This document shows, piece after piece, positions 23,136 to 32,171 of a DNA stretch of 64,000 nucleotides (positions are counted from its first letter, which is position 1; every line of letters begins with the position of its first letter). Position numbers and translations under genes: made by a program. The notes below the pieces were generated by a model that did not search any database, was not told the DNA's origin, and saw only the letters and a program-made list of their open reading frames with translations. The stretch covers positions 372,001 to 436,000 of the IMG/VR virus record IMGVR_UViG_3300046616_000314; one strand, 5' to 3'.

Positions 23136-25376
23136 ATGAGCTTCGATCCAATTACATTTAGTTCTATCGCAATGAACAAGCCGCCGGTTGGTTCTTTCTT
23201 GCGCGTAATGACTAATTTCTCACACACTAACTACGTTGACACTAACCAACGTATCGACGTTACTCAATACCCAATGCTAGCCGATCAAGTTGCCGGTGGT
23301 TTCCAAGGTGATTACTTCAAGTCGGTTTCGTTCCCTTCTCTAGATTCGCAAGCTCCTGCATCGTTCGCTAACTTGGGCGACATGGCGTGTTCCTATACCA
23401 CAGGCGGTCACACCTATTTCATTTTTGCGAGCACGACTACACTGAAGATGTATCGTACTATTGGTTCTACGATTGACACCGGTGTCGAATTTGTTCAAGA
23501 CATCACCAATCCCTCTGCTTTGGCTCCTAATGCTCTAGTCTTCTCAGTTGCAAACGGACACGTCTTTATTTCGGGAACTACACAGAACGCCAACGTATAC
23601 CGTTATGACATTACTGTTGGTCCGTCTTCCATGACCACGATTACTCTGAATCTTTCCAGAACATGGAGATTTGTCTACGGAAGTGGTCGCTTGGTTGCTT
23701 ATGCAACTTCGATTGGTAGCGTCCTGTCCACAACGGGCAACGTTCAGGTCAGCTTGGACAACGGAGCCACATGGACCAATCACACCGCCCTGGCGGCTCT
23801 GTCCACCGTTACGTCAAGCATGGCGTACGGCAACGGTTTCTTCGTCGTTGTAACACAAGGTACTGGCGCGGCAACCAACACCGCGCGTTCGACTGATGGT
23901 CTGACATGGGTTGCTGGTTCGGGAGCCCCTGCGGGTGCTCTGTCGTCGGTTTCATTCAATCCTACGAATAATCTTTTCACAATTTATTCCATGACTAACG
24001 TGATCGCGGCTTATCGTTCGTCCAGTGCTGCGGCTCCTACCACTTGGGTCGTTTGTTCGGGCAACACGTCCAACGGTTATCTCTACGGCGATTGTACTCC
24101 GAACGGTGTGACGATTGCTCACGGTAAGTCTCCGTACGTTAACTCGTTCTATACCTCGCTTGACAACGTTACGTTTGCGGCTGGTTTTCTTGGAAACGGA
24201 TACAATGCTGCGATGTATGATCGCGGTTTTGCTATGATTGGCGAAACGTTCGTGATGTTCGGATCGAGCATTTCGGGAGCGTTGACCGCTGGTCCATCGC
24301 TGCGCGTCTATTACAAGTATTCAAATGACTATGGCGTGACTTGGACTGATGGTGGTTTCGTTGATCAGTACGCTTATACAACACAGAACTATCTCTATCC
24401 CTGCATTGGTTCGGATACGAGCAAGATCGTAATGTTTGAGAACCAAGCTGCTATGGGTTCGGATACAGTTTGGATGCCGCGTTGGTCAGGTATCGTCAGC
24501 AATGACGGTGGCACCACGTGGGAAAATATGTCCATCGAGACCCCGGAACTTGTTAACTGGGGCGGTGTATTCGCGACTACCGATGGCAAGTTCGTTGCTT
24601 GGGGTCGCCGTCACACAAACAACCTTGTGTACGTTGCGACATCTACTGATGGTGCGATCTGGATTGTTGTTCAGAACGGTACTTTCGTCAGCCCAACACC
24701 AACTGGTTCGATGGCGATTGGAACGAATGGCAACATGATGTTCACACAATCCAACTCGACAAATACTGTAGCGATCTCGTCTGACTATGGCGCAACTTGG
24801 ACTTCCAAGACTGTTCCGGCATCGGCACTCTATAAGGCTGCGTTTTTCGGTAATGTTGCTGTTGCACTTAACACGGCAACAGGATCGTACTATTCAACTA
24901 ATGGTGGTACTTCATGGTCGCTTTGTGCCATGACGGTCATCGGGGCTTCGACTATCGCTGGCTATGCTGCTAACAGCACGTATGGTCTGGTGACGTTGAC
25001 CAACAGCAACATTTGTTTCGTCACGAGCGATGGTATCTCTTGGATTCAAAAGACCCTTCCGACGACGATGGGTGGCGTAAGCCCGACTGTTGTCAACGAT
25101 TGGTTCATGATCCCGACCGGTGGTGGCACGTACTATCGCACGCAAGACTTCCTGTCGTGGGAACTGGCTTATATCAATGCAGACGTGAGCAATTTGGGTG
25201 CGTACACGGTCATGAATAGCAATCCGAACAATTCGTCGGGTGCGATCCATGGTCCGACACTTGGTGCGTCTACGGGTACGTTCTGGGTGGCTGATACTGA
25301 AGTGACGAACATGCGTCGCATTCCGTATGTGGCGCCCGACCTAGCTAATACAAAGTACGTCGTGGTGGCGCGCTAA
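23136..25376 (+). CDS. Beta-propeller (Asp-box/BNR repeat) tail fibre or receptor-binding protein
   Basis: About nine S-x-D-G-x-x-W boxes (SLDNGATW, STDGLTW, SNDYGVTW, SNDGGTTW, SSDYGATW, STNGGTSW and others). Confidence 0.75.
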   Translation: MSFDPITFSSIAMNKPPVGSFLRVMTNFSHTNYVDTNQRIDVTQYPMLADQVAGGFQGDYFKSVSFPSLDSQAPASFANLGDMACSYTTGGHTYFIFASTTTLKMYRTIGSTIDTGVEFVQDITNPSALAPNALVFSVANGHVFISGTTQNANVYRYDITVGPSSMTTITLNLSRTWRFVYGSGRLVAYATSIGSVLSTTGNVQVSLDNGATWTNHTALAALSTVTSSMAYGNGFFVVVTQGTGAATNTARSTDGLTWVAGSGAPAGALSSVSFNPTNNLFTIYSMTNVIAAYRSSSAAAPTTWVVCSGNTSNGYLYGDCTPNGVTIAHGKSPYVNSFYTSLDNVTFAAGFLGNGYNAAMYDRGFAMIGETFVMFGSSISGALTAGPSLRVYYKYSNDYGVTWTDGGFVDQYAYTTQNYLYPCIGSDTSKIVMFENQAAMGSDTVWMPRWSGIVSNDGGTTWENMSIETPELVNWGGVFATTDGKFVAWGRRHTNNLVYVATSTDGAIWIVVQNGTFVSPTPTGSMAIGTNGNMMFTQSNSTNTVAISSDYGATWTSKTVPASALYKAAFFGNVAVALNTATGSYYSTNGGTSWSLCAMTVIGASTIAGYAANSTYGLVTLTNSNICFVTSDGISWIQKTLPTTMGGVSPTVVNDWFMIPTGGGTYYRTQDFLSWELAYINADVSNLGAYTVMNSNPNNSSGAIHGPTLGASTGTFWVADTEVTNMRRIPYVAPDLANTKYVVVAR

Positions 25377-25383
25377 AGGATTT

Positions 25384-25404
25384 GGGGGAGGCAATGCCTC
25401 CCCC
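25384..25404. terminator. GC-rich hairpin GGGGGAGGC-AAT-GCCTCCCCC between convergent genes
   Basis: 9-bp perfect stem. Confidence 0.75.
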
Positions 25405-25421
25405 ATTATTCTGTAGAAAAT

Positions 25422-26027
25422 TTAAAATTGATGGCGGGTTTGAACAAACTTCCCGTTTGAATAAAGGCGAATAGCAGTAATCATTCCGCCGACATGCGGC
25501 TCTTTACGTTCATCGTTTTCTAGATCAATTTTGATCTGTTGTATACCTTTGATCGCCCGAATTTCCGGGTCAGAGCGGGATGATTTTACAGACGGCGGTG
25601 ATGGAAGGAAATGATGTTGTTTTTGAGTGAGGACATCTTTATCCCATCCATGGGTATTGTTCTGTACGAACTGAAGCCCGGTGCTAATCCCATCTAGAAA
25701 TCCAACAAGTCCGAATGTTGACTTCGATGTAGGAATAGGTAAATTATTTGTTAAAAACAAATTATTATACGCCACAAGAGCATTGGGAAGTGCAATTTCG
25801 AGGGCTGAAATCATTTCAGCCATATTAGTCGGGTAGCTATGTTCATAGATCAAATATCGAAGTAAATTGAAAAAGACTCCGTTGCCGTAGGCGGTAATAA
25901 CACAATTTGAAACGGGTTCATGCCAATACTTAGCGGCTTGTTGATCGCGTCTTTGTGGCGTGTTTACCTGTGTGTCCATTACGACGTGAATGCATTGATC
26001 AGATAGGAAAATCGCGGCGGCAGTCAT
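25422..26027 (-). CDS. Ntn-hydrolase (proteasome-beta/HslV-like fold) candidate
   Basis: Met-Thr start (MTAAAIF...VVMDTQ), ITAYGNG and HVGGMIT pattern; start refined. Confidence 0.55.
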   Translation of the reverse strand: MTAAAIFLSDQCIHVVMDTQVNTPQRRDQQAAKYWHEPVSNCVITAYGNGVFFNLLRYLIYEHSYPTNMAEMISALEIALPNALVAYNNLFLTNNLPIPTSKSTFGLVGFLDGISTGLQFVQNNTHGWDKDVLTQKQHHFLPSPPSVKSSRSDPEIRAIKGIQQIKIDLENDERKEPHVGGMITAIRLYSNGKFVQTRHQF

Positions 26028-26230
26028 TTGGGAACCCAGCCTTCTGTGCCCATGGGTGCAGAATAATAACCTTTGATTTCCCCATCGACGTGAACACATC
26101 CGCAGTAGAAACACCGTAGGGCATTATCAGTCCACGATGAGTTAATTTCGGATTTGACAGTTTCGTCCAGCCGCCGCTGGCGACCTACCGAATTGCCTGA
26201 ACAGTCGCTAGGACATTTATTCAAGTACAT
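26024..26230 (-). CDS. Small putative Zn-binding protein (CPxDC...CxxCGCV)
   Basis: Paralog of 18700-18978. Confidence 0.7.
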   Translation of the reverse strand: MYLNKCPSDCSGNSVGRQRRLDETVKSEINSSWTDNALRCFYCGCVHVDGEIKGYYSAPMGTEGWVPK

Positions 26231-26252
26231 AATTTTTCTCTATTTTATTAAA

Positions 26253-26450
26253 CTACCAAAAATTTGTGTCATCGTTCGTACGGTCAATACCAGATCGACG
26301 GCTATTGTAAGACCGACTATTGGAACGTCGTTCGGCACGATCAGCGGCTTTGTTTTGTAGTCGCGTAGCCCAATGACCATGGTAATATTCGCGTTCAGCC
26401 TCTTCAGCTATTTCACTGAAGAACCGCCAGATGGCTCGAAAAAATTTCAT
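26253..26450 (-). CDS. Small hypothetical protein
   Basis: MKFFRAIWRFFSEIAEEAEREYY; start refined. Confidence 0.5.
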   Translation of the reverse strand: MKFFRAIWRFFSEIAEEAEREYYHGHWATRLQNKAADRAERRSNSRSYNSRRSGIDRTNDDTNFW

Positions 26451-26508
26451 AACATCAATGTACCGTAGACCGTTTGCCTGTTGCAATATTTTTCGGTATG
26501 ATCCCGCC

Positions 26509-26778
26509 ATGATTCATTTGTTCCTAACCGATGTAAACCTGTGGGATTGGTACAGCGAGGTCTATAGCATCGCGCACGCCCCCATTGACGATATCCCGGT
26601 ATTCGTAAAGCCCGTGCGCGATTGGCTGGCTTCCGTTCAGATGCCTACGCCCAAGTTCGTCAATCTCGGAAATGATTCTTTTTGGGCAATCGAATTCGAA
26701 AATGAGAATGATGCGGCTATGTTTAGGATGAAATATCCAAATGATACTTCGTTCAGTATTTCGAGCTTGACAACCTAA
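26509..26778 (+). CDS. FKLKW-family relative with C-terminal extension
   Basis: FWAIEFENENDAAMFRMKYPND; same subfamily as 17877-18773. Confidence 0.82.
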   Translation: MIHLFLTDVNLWDWYSEVYSIAHAPIDDIPVFVKPVRDWLASVQMPTPKFVNLGNDSFWAIEFENENDAAMFRMKYPNDTSFSISSLTT

Positions 26779-26794
26779 GTATCTAAGCTATAGT
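26767..26794 (+). promoter_or_regulatory. Early promoter TTGACA-N16-TATAGT
   Basis: Near-consensus match upstream of the 26806 operon. Confidence 0.75.
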
Positions 26795-26805
26795 GATCAT
26801 ATTCT

Positions 26806-27099
26806 TTGATGTCTTTGGAGACTATGATGATCCCCAACGTGACCCGCATTCGTGGTACTGTCCTTCGCGACGCCCCTGGTGGCAACGACTACATCGAAGT
26901 CACGGTTGAAGGCGTGTTCCTGTTCCGCACGGACGATCCTTCGGAACACATTCAAGACATCGTGATCCGCACGGATGCGGGCGAGACCGTCTACATCGAT
27001 GAGCAAGAAGCTCGCGTGGTCACGCACACCGTTGACGGTGCAACGGGCGTGTTCGATACCCAAACCGAAACCGCCTTCGCCGAAGTGGAGGCGTGGTAA
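26806..27099 (+). CDS. Hypothetical early protein
   Basis: Acidic 97-aa ORF; GGAG ribosome-binding site before an internal ATG. Confidence 0.75.
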   Translation: MMSLETMMIPNVTRIRGTVLRDAPGGNDYIEVTVEGVFLFRTDDPSEHIQDIVIRTDAGETVYIDEQEARVVTHTVDGATGVFDTQTETAFAEVEAW

Positions 27100-27302
27100 T
27101 GTCGAACATCATTCGCCCCGTCTTCGGTAAGACCGATATCGCTCCGGTGGAAGAGTGCGGGACCGTCCTGCAATTCCCAGTGCTGAACCAAGCGGAAGAA
27201 GACCTGTACGAAGCCCTGCGCAAGGATGCGTTGGAAGGTACGGGTATGTGGGAAACGTCGTCCTTTGCGCAACTGTCGCAAAATCTCTGGGGCGATGCAT
27301 GA
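27093..27302 (+). CDS. Hypothetical early protein
   Basis: Coupled to both neighbours. Confidence 0.7.
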   Translation: MVMSNIIRPVFGKTDIAPVEECGTVLQFPVLNQAEEDLYEALRKDALEGTGMWETSSFAQLSQNLWGDA

Positions 27303-27652
27303 GCCCGCAATTCACTCTCGATTCGATGCTGTTCGATTTCGACGGCAATGATCTGGTCGGCGGCAATGCCCTGGCTCATACGTTGAAGATCGCTCGCAAG
27401 GAATGCCAGCGGCGGAACATGGCTGACGTGAAGGTCGAACCCGTTATCGTGGATTCGATCACTCGCCGTTGGGTTCAGGGTGACGAGCCCGTTTTGCTGA
27501 AGCGGGTTCAGGCGTTGGTCGTTACCGATCAGCACGACATTCGCAACACGTTCATCATTCGGTGGGGCGCCCTGAAGGCGTCGGAAAGCATTTTCAAAAC
27601 CATTGCAGAAGTCGAACGCGAAGAAACGTTCGAACTTGGAGGATACGCATGA
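27299..27652 (+). CDS. Hypothetical early protein
   Basis: ATGA overlap; start refined to MSPQFTL. Confidence 0.7.
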   Translation: MSPQFTLDSMLFDFDGNDLVGGNALAHTLKIARKECQRRNMADVKVEPVIVDSITRRWVQGDEPVLLKRVQALVVTDQHDIRNTFIIRWGALKASESIFKTIAEVEREETFELGGYA

Positions 27653-27828
27653 ATCACTGGTCCGAAATTCGCTATGGTCTGCTGACCCGCGATCAAGAAA
27701 TCGACGGCTTCTTTGTTGTCGGCTATGCTTCCGCGCTCCAAGGTGTGAGCGATGGTAAGCGCGTTCGTGGTCTCAAGGGCGCGCACATGAACTACAACCG
27801 GTACGGAGCGAAACGTGCAAGTTATTAA
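27649..27828 (+). CDS. Hypothetical early protein (59 aa)
   Basis: GGAGG ribosome-binding site, ATGA overlap. Confidence 0.65.
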   Translation: MNHWSEIRYGLLTRDQEIDGFFVVGYASALQGVSDGKRVRGLKGAHMNYNRYGAKRASY

Positions 27829-28120
27829 GACCGGCTATCTCTATTTCCGCCAGCCTCATCGTAGCGATTTCGATCAGCGCGCTTGGACAATCGATATCAA
27901 TCAGGCTGCGCGCTTCGATGACGCTACGGCTGCTGAAATCGTGCGCCACTGGTCGGAAGGTCCCCTGGACAAGAACAAGCAAGGCGAACTGGTTCCCAAG
28001 TATCCCAAATGGAGTATTGCACTCCAAGGTGTAAGCACGAGTGTTTCTAATCCGGTTGTGTTCGAACTGATCGACGTGACCGATGGGCGGGTCTATACGC
28101 TTTTGGAACGGATGCTCTGA
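27815..28120 (+). CDS. Hypothetical early protein
   Basis: GGAG ribosome-binding site, GTG start. Confidence 0.7.
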   Translation: MQVIKTGYLYFRQPHRSDFDQRAWTIDINQAARFDDATAAEIVRHWSEGPLDKNKQGELVPKYPKWSIALQGVSTSVSNPVVFELIDVTDGRVYTLLERML

Positions 28121-28266
28121 TGGAAAAGATTCCTTTCCCGACATTCGAAGAATGGCTGAAGCTGCAACCGGCTGACAAGCAAGGTGACTTGCTTGCGGCT
28201 AAGAATTCGTACTTCACGCAATGGGGCATCGCTGTCCATAAAGCCAAGGGCTATTGGTGGGCGTGA
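28120..28266 (+). CDS. Hypothetical 48-aa protein (MEKIPFPTFEEWLKLQP...)
   Basis: Translated by hand; TGATG coupling. Confidence 0.6.
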   Translation: MEKIPFPTFEEWLKLQPADKQGDLLAAKNSYFTQWGIAVHKAKGYWWA

Positions 28267-28628
28267 CTACTCAAACCATTGGTCATGAAAGTAGTTTGGT
28301 CTATGATCAATCTATGGCGGTTGTTTTTGTTGAGCGCAAAATAGCCAATAAATTTTTCATGGATTACGAGGTTAGTGACGGCACAATTGGTCGATCTGTC
28401 GTTGTAGAACCAACGACTGATATCATTATTCCCCCGCGACATTTTCCTGGCACGTCTCGTTTTCTGGCAATAGTAAAAGATATGCCATACAAGTTGTTCA
28501 TCTTGAACGACGTGGAAATGTATAAGCCGCTCAACAATCATTACCTTCTTCGGGTCGGTGAAGAAGATATGGTTCTTCTGAAGCTTCAAGGCTCAATCGA
28601 AACGGTTGAACTAAACGTCACTATATAA
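28263..28628 (+). CDS. Distant FKLKW-family relative
   Basis: LRVGEEDMVLLKLQG; GTG start overlaps the previous stop. Confidence 0.6.
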   Translation: MTTQTIGHESSLVYDQSMAVVFVERKIANKFFMDYEVSDGTIGRSVVVEPTTDIIIPPRHFPGTSRFLAIVKDMPYKLFILNDVEMYKPLNNHYLLRVGEEDMVLLKLQGSIETVELNVTI

Positions 28629-28632
28629 ATGC

Positions 28633-28660
28633 TTGACAATACTTGTCCCCATGATATGTT
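28633..28660 (+). promoter_or_regulatory. Early promoter TTGACA-N16-TATGTT
   Basis: Upstream of 28673. Confidence 0.65.
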
Positions 28661-28672
28661 GTAAGCATATTC

Positions 28673-29455
28673 ATGGAGATTGGTTCATTGGTCCCTCAAC
28701 ACCTTCATTTCGCCCTGTACGTTCTGGATTGCTATTCCGTTTGGGCTAGCGATACGAAGGCGTGGGCAAAACTCGGCAAGGGTCCGATTGAACTGGAACT
28801 GGCTCACGTTGATGAACTGGTTGCTCTGGGCTTGGGCGAGTATCGCCCGGTCAACGACGAAGGCAATCGCCGCGTCTCGACCATCCGCACGTCGGAACCC
28901 CTGCGCAATGCGTTCGTGGAAACGTTCAGCACCAATCCCGTCCCCACGCATCCTGGCTTCTGGTCCATCGGTGACTGGACGATGGAGACGGTGAAAAACT
29001 ACGAAACGGATACGACCTATCAGGTTCCGTGTCTGATGAGCGAGTATAGCGAGAAGCTGTACGTTCATAGCGGCGGCAATCAATACATGCTGCATTCGAA
29101 GTACAAGAAGGGCGTGCGCGAAACTTCGGGCGCCTACTGTGATGCATTCTTCCTGGCGACGCTGCGTTGCGTGATCTATCACGAAGTGTATTCCGCCGGG
29201 CATTCGTACGTGAAGCGCATCGACGGTCAACGTGGCTATAACTACACGCTGTCGTCGTGGTCGCTGTATGCGATGATTCGGTTTGGTCTGATCGTCGTGA
29301 CCCAAGAATATCAAAAGGACGTTGGTCCTGAAATGTATGGTCCGACCGATCTGGGCGTTGAGTTTTACAAGAAAGCTCTGCCCTATCTGGAACACATGCA
29401 CAATCGCAAGTATTGGGATCAAATCGCTGACAAGATGGATTGGAACGATGAATAA
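28673..29455 (+). CDS. Hypothetical early protein (260 aa)
   Basis: Long ORF with the genome's codon style; may contain two related winged-helix-like halves (weak). Confidence 0.75.
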   Translation: MEIGSLVPQHLHFALYVLDCYSVWASDTKAWAKLGKGPIELELAHVDELVALGLGEYRPVNDEGNRRVSTIRTSEPLRNAFVETFSTNPVPTHPGFWSIGDWTMETVKNYETDTTYQVPCLMSEYSEKLYVHSGGNQYMLHSKYKKGVRETSGAYCDAFFLATLRCVIYHEVYSAGHSYVKRIDGQRGYNYTLSSWSLYAMIRFGLIVVTQEYQKDVGPEMYGPTDLGVEFYKKALPYLEHMHNRKYWDQIADKMDWNDE

Positions 29456-29678
29456 TCTCGAAAAGCGGGTTCCAGTCACGTTCTTGGAAAGCATGATCAA
29501 CATTATCATGTTCGTCGGGATCGTTCCGGGGATGTTGTTCCTGATGATGACGATGATCGTTCAAATCACGCATCTGGGCGTGTACCCCATCTACATCGTG
29601 GTCGGCATGTATTATGTGTCGGTCATGTTCCGCTCGTTGATGCATTACCTGCACTTCGGCTTGACGAGGTTGCCGTAA
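29448..29678 (+). CDS. Small two-TM membrane protein
   Basis: Two hydrophobic stretches; start refined to MNNLEKR. Confidence 0.7.
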   Translation: MNNLEKRVPVTFLESMINIIMFVGIVPGMLFLMMTMIVQITHLGVYPIYIVVGMYYVSVMFRSLMHYLHFGLTRLP

Positions 29679-30079
29679 TGTATTTGTTCGATGATCTTTC
29701 CGACAGCACGCTTTCCAATTGTCGCCACCAAATTGAAATGTGGTGTGACATGCATGGCGTCAACATGCGTCGGCAAATGATCGTGACGAGACAACGAACC
29801 TCCGCGCCGAACTTTCGTTATTTCTTCGATAGCGAAGAGGATTTCATGCTGTTCTGGCTGGTATGGGGTAATCTGTCCAAGCGTAATATCATAGCGTTCA
29901 TTGACGAGAGTCGTCGTCGGTGGCACGGCTGGAATACTGACTTCGACATCATTCATTTCTATGAAGCGTTCTGCCAGATGTCTACGGAAGAGGCTACTAT
30001 TTGGCATCAGCAAGTTCGTGAAGTCGTCGCAGCCAATCAAGACGAATTCAATCGCTTCCATCTGAAGGGATCGGAATAG
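29678..30079 (+). CDS. FKLKW-family relative with C-terminal extension
   Basis: EMWCDMH core; YFFDSEEDFMLFWLVWG. Confidence 0.8.
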   Translation: MYLFDDLSDSTLSNCRHQIEMWCDMHGVNMRRQMIVTRQRTSAPNFRYFFDSEEDFMLFWLVWGNLSKRNIIAFIDESRRRWHGWNTDFDIIHFYEAFCQMSTEEATIWHQQVREVVAANQDEFNRFHLKGSE

Positions 30080-30083
30080 ATTA

Positions 30084-30416
30084 ATGTTTAGTTTCGATCA
30101 TTTCAAACGCGATCTTCGCATCATGCTTTCTTTCCGTCATGCCTTGACCTTCAAGGATGCGGAAGATGAAGCCGACGATTGGCTGAAATGGAGTTACCTC
30201 GTTGATAAGGCTGCGGGCATTAGCATGTTCGTCGTGTCGCCCCATGTCGCCGAATGGTGCAAGGCTCACGATATTTCCGAACCGATCCCGATTGCGTATG
30301 CTTCTCGCACAATGGTAGTCGGCGGAAAGAAGCCCACGTATCGCGAGCGTTATCATTACGCAATTCATTTCAAGAAACCCGAACATCTGGTTCAGTTTCG
30401 GATGAAATGGCTATGA
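30084..30416 (+). CDS. FKLKW-family paralog, cluster 3
   Basis: EWCKAH core; ends IHFKKPEHLVQFRMKWL. Confidence 0.87.
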   Translation: MFSFDHFKRDLRIMLSFRHALTFKDAEDEADDWLKWSYLVDKAAGISMFVVSPHVAEWCKAHDISEPIPIAYASRTMVVGGKKPTYRERYHYAIHFKKPEHLVQFRMKWL

Positions 30417-30733
30417 ATCCTATCGCAATTAAAAGATTCGTTCGGATTATCAAAACCCGTTTTTGGCGTCGATATACTCTGGATTGTTCTTATCAATCGA
30501 ACCACAACGATTCCACGTTGGTCAAACGATGGGACAAAATTATTCGTGTCGTCAAACATCCAAAGGTACTCACCGAACTTTATCTAATAGAAGAGGTTGC
30601 TGCTTGGTGTAAAGAACATCGTATGGCAGAACCTTTTCCCGATCTTGAGTACGACGACGATGACAATTATCTCTACATCATTCGTTTTAAGAAAGCGGCG
30701 GATGTAATTCAGTTTCGGATGAAATGGCTATGA
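30407..30733 (+). CDS. FKLKW-family paralog, cluster 3 (sister of 30084)
   Basis: AWCKEH core; ends IRFKKAADVIQFRMKWL; start refined to MAM. Confidence 0.87.
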   Translation: MAMNPIAIKRFVRIIKTRFWRRYTLDCSYQSNHNDSTLVKRWDKIIRVVKHPKVLTELYLIEEVAAWCKEHRMAEPFPDLEYDDDDNYLYIIRFKKAADVIQFRMKWL

Positions 30734-30948
30734 TTCAAAAACTGGATCATGACAATTATCCTGTCGTGTTGCTTGTCACCGGAGATTGGTTCAGAGCCTA
30801 TAATTCGGGTGCCGCTGGTTGGGAAATGGATGATTGGCTGGACGCCAATGGGATCGATTTCTATTGTGAGTTTGAACGTGGCGTGGGTTATGTCGCCCGA
30901 TTCCGCAATGAAGAAATGGCGATGATGTTCAAGTTGAAATATCTATGA
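30724..30948 (+). CDS. FKLKW-family paralog, cluster 3
   Basis: Ends ARFRNEEMAMMFKLKYL. Confidence 0.87.
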   Translation: MAMIQKLDHDNYPVVLLVTGDWFRAYNSGAAGWEMDDWLDANGIDFYCEFERGVGYVARFRNEEMAMMFKLKYL

Positions 30949-31241
30949 AGTGGGAAAAAGCCAATTATTCAGGGATAGAGACCTTTCGTCTCTTTGTCCC
31001 CAAAGACAGCTTCAACCGGAATTGGAATTTGGGTTGGCGTGGGTCAGGGACCGAATTGTACAAGCACGGAAGACTTCAAGACAAAGACATCTATGATAAA
31101 CGTGTGTTTGGTTCTCCATACTACAACTGGTGTATGTCGGAACTTGGGTATTATCCGCATTGCTGGGGCGATGCTTGGACCTATTCTATTTTTCTAGAAA
31201 CCGAAGAACACGTGGTTCTTTTCCAACTTAAGTGGTGTTGA
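30945..31241 (+). CDS. FKLKW-family paralog, cluster 3
   Basis: NWCMSELGYYP core; ends LETEEHVVLFQLKWC. Confidence 0.87.
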   Translation: MKWEKANYSGIETFRLFVPKDSFNRNWNLGWRGSGTELYKHGRLQDKDIYDKRVFGSPYYNWCMSELGYYPHCWGDAWTYSIFLETEEHVVLFQLKWC

Positions 31242-31242
31242 C

Positions 31243-31467
31243 ATGATGTCTTTGAAAATACCACCTATCGAGGAACGCGGCGCGTTATCGGTTTGGATTC
31301 CGATTGAGCATGAACACTATGTTCTGTTCATGCGAGGAGAAATGGACGCATGGGCGGAAGCAAACGACATTATGTTCTATTGTCGCTTCGAAACTTTCAG
31401 TGAGCAATATATTGTTTGCTTAAAGAATGACGAAGATGCCACACTGTTTAAATTGAAGTGGTGTTGA
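31243..31467 (+). CDS. FKLKW-family paralog, cluster 3
   Basis: Ends LKNDEDATLFKLKWC. Confidence 0.87.
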   Translation: MMSLKIPPIEERGALSVWIPIEHEHYVLFMRGEMDAWAEANDIMFYCRFETFSEQYIVCLKNDEDATLFKLKWC

Positions 31468-31491
31468 CAATCCAAGTATTCATAGTATAGT
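31464..31491 (+). promoter_or_regulatory. Early promoter TTGACA-N16-TATAGT
   Basis: Near-consensus match. Confidence 0.75.
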
Positions 31492-31522
31492 GCTACTATT
31501 CTTTGATTCCTAGGAGCACCGA

Positions 31523-31705
31523 ATGTCCGTTAAGGCTCGCTACGAAATTACCGTTCTGGTCGGTCGCAAGATCGAAGAACGCATCTTCCTGGCTGACTAC
31601 AACGAAGCCATGACGAAGATGGATTCGCTCGAAATCGAATTTCCGAACAAGCAATTCGAATTCACCGATCACAAGCTGTTCGGCGGCAAGTGGAAGGGCG
31701 AATAA
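31523..31705 (+). CDS. Hypothetical early protein
   Basis: AGGAG ribosome-binding site. Confidence 0.75.
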   Translation: MSVKARYEITVLVGRKIEERIFLADYNEAMTKMDSLEIEFPNKQFEFTDHKLFGGKWKGE

Positions 31706-31884
31706 TGATTACCGAAGCTCTGACCCCTGAACAAGCTGCGGCGGCGCAAGCCTGCTATCGCGAACTGATTCGCTTGATGGCGGACATCGGTGAACCGCCG
31801 AAGCTCATTCAGGCACAAGCCTCGTACGGGATGCTTCCCGAGAATAAATCGTGGGCTGAAATCTTCCGCGAAGGTTGTCGCTAA
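31705..31884 (+). CDS. Hypothetical early protein
   Basis: TAATG coupling. Confidence 0.7.
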   Translation: MITEALTPEQAAAAQACYRELIRLMADIGEPPKLIQAQASYGMLPENKSWAEIFREGCR

Positions 31885-31886
31885 CG

Positions 31887-32171
31887 ATGATCCTCCAAAG
31901 CGGAATCATTTTTAATTGGAATATGGATTCTCTTATCCAGGCGTCCATTGCTAATTTTAAAATCCCCGAGAAAGATCGGCGGCGGGGTGAAGGCACTCGC
32001 CTGTACAACGAATGGGAGGCTGCACTTCCTGAGACGGTAGAAATCGTTGAGCTATGGACGCCAGACTACGAAGGGTTGGCATTCTGGAAATCAGTAGGTT
32101 ACACGCCCAAGAATCCAGATATCGAAATTGATGAAGAATTCGGAGTTGTTCTGATTAAGAGACTCCGATGA
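31887..32171 (+). CDS. GNAT-family acetyltransferase
   Basis: IPEKDRRRGEGTRL (acetyl-CoA binding motif A) and AFWKSVGY. Confidence 0.75.
   Translation: MILQSGIIFNWNMDSLIQASIANFKIPEKDRRRGEGTRLYNEWEAALPETVEIVELWTPDYEGLAFWKSVGYTPKNPDIEIDEEFGVVLIKRLR

Noticed and set aside
28685-29654. Long minus-strand ORFs (274 aa and 242 aa) opposite 28673-29455
   Set aside because: Antisense to a promoter-led gene with typical codon bias; no recognisable motifs.
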